Below are positions 63,871 through 64,000 of a stretch of 64,000 nt of DNA, in pieces. The notes under the pieces are model-generated. The model ran no database searches. It worked only from the letters and a program-made list of their open reading frames with translations, and was not told where the DNA came from. Within the stretch, counting starts at the first letter, position 1; every line of letters begins with the position of its first letter. The translations under genes were made by a program, and so were the position numbers. The DNA is from Scyliorhinus canicula (taxonomy: Eukaryota): NCBI RefSeq assembly GCF_902713615.1, contig NC_052151.1, positions 89,363,304-89,427,303 on the forward strand, read 5' to 3'.

Positions 63871-64000
63871 CATTTTTCCAGCCCTCCGTAAAACAATCAA
63901 AGTTTTTTTCTCATTCCCCTTCAGCAAGAAATCCAGAGCTGCTGCCTGAGATCTGATTTGACACAACATTAAACATTAATTTCAAAAGACAAAATGAAGG

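Overview
Eukaryotic, repeat-dominated vertebrate DNA. It is almost certainly from a cartilaginous fish (inferred from HE1-type V-SINEs and HER1/CR1 LINEs; catshark-like). No intact host protein-coding gene is recognisable. The window holds CR1 LINEs of several ages, two Gypsy LTR retrotransposons (one carrying a nest of five insertions), solo LTRs with 5-bp TSDs, Harbinger elements with many MITEs, a hAT derivative, and Rex1, L1, L2, Penelope and tRNA-SINE remnants. A TE-poor island at about 34.3-38.3 kb may contain the first exon of a large host gene (low confidence). Four signals stand out. (1) Two diverged CR1 copies both have an in-frame U_UUA_AAC slippery heptamer directly before the ORF1 stop; in the intact copy ORF2 lies in the -1 frame with no AUG before the endonuclease, suggesting virus-like -1 frameshifting in a LINE. 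(2) One Gypsy has no tRNA PBS; its PBS position is a perfect 16-nt complement of its own R region and poly(A) signal (self-priming and/or poly(A) occlusion). (3) Penelope ends carry hammerhead-ribozyme remnants. (4) SINE heads and tails are modularly swapped. All calls are by eye, without database searches; boundaries without TSDs are approximate.
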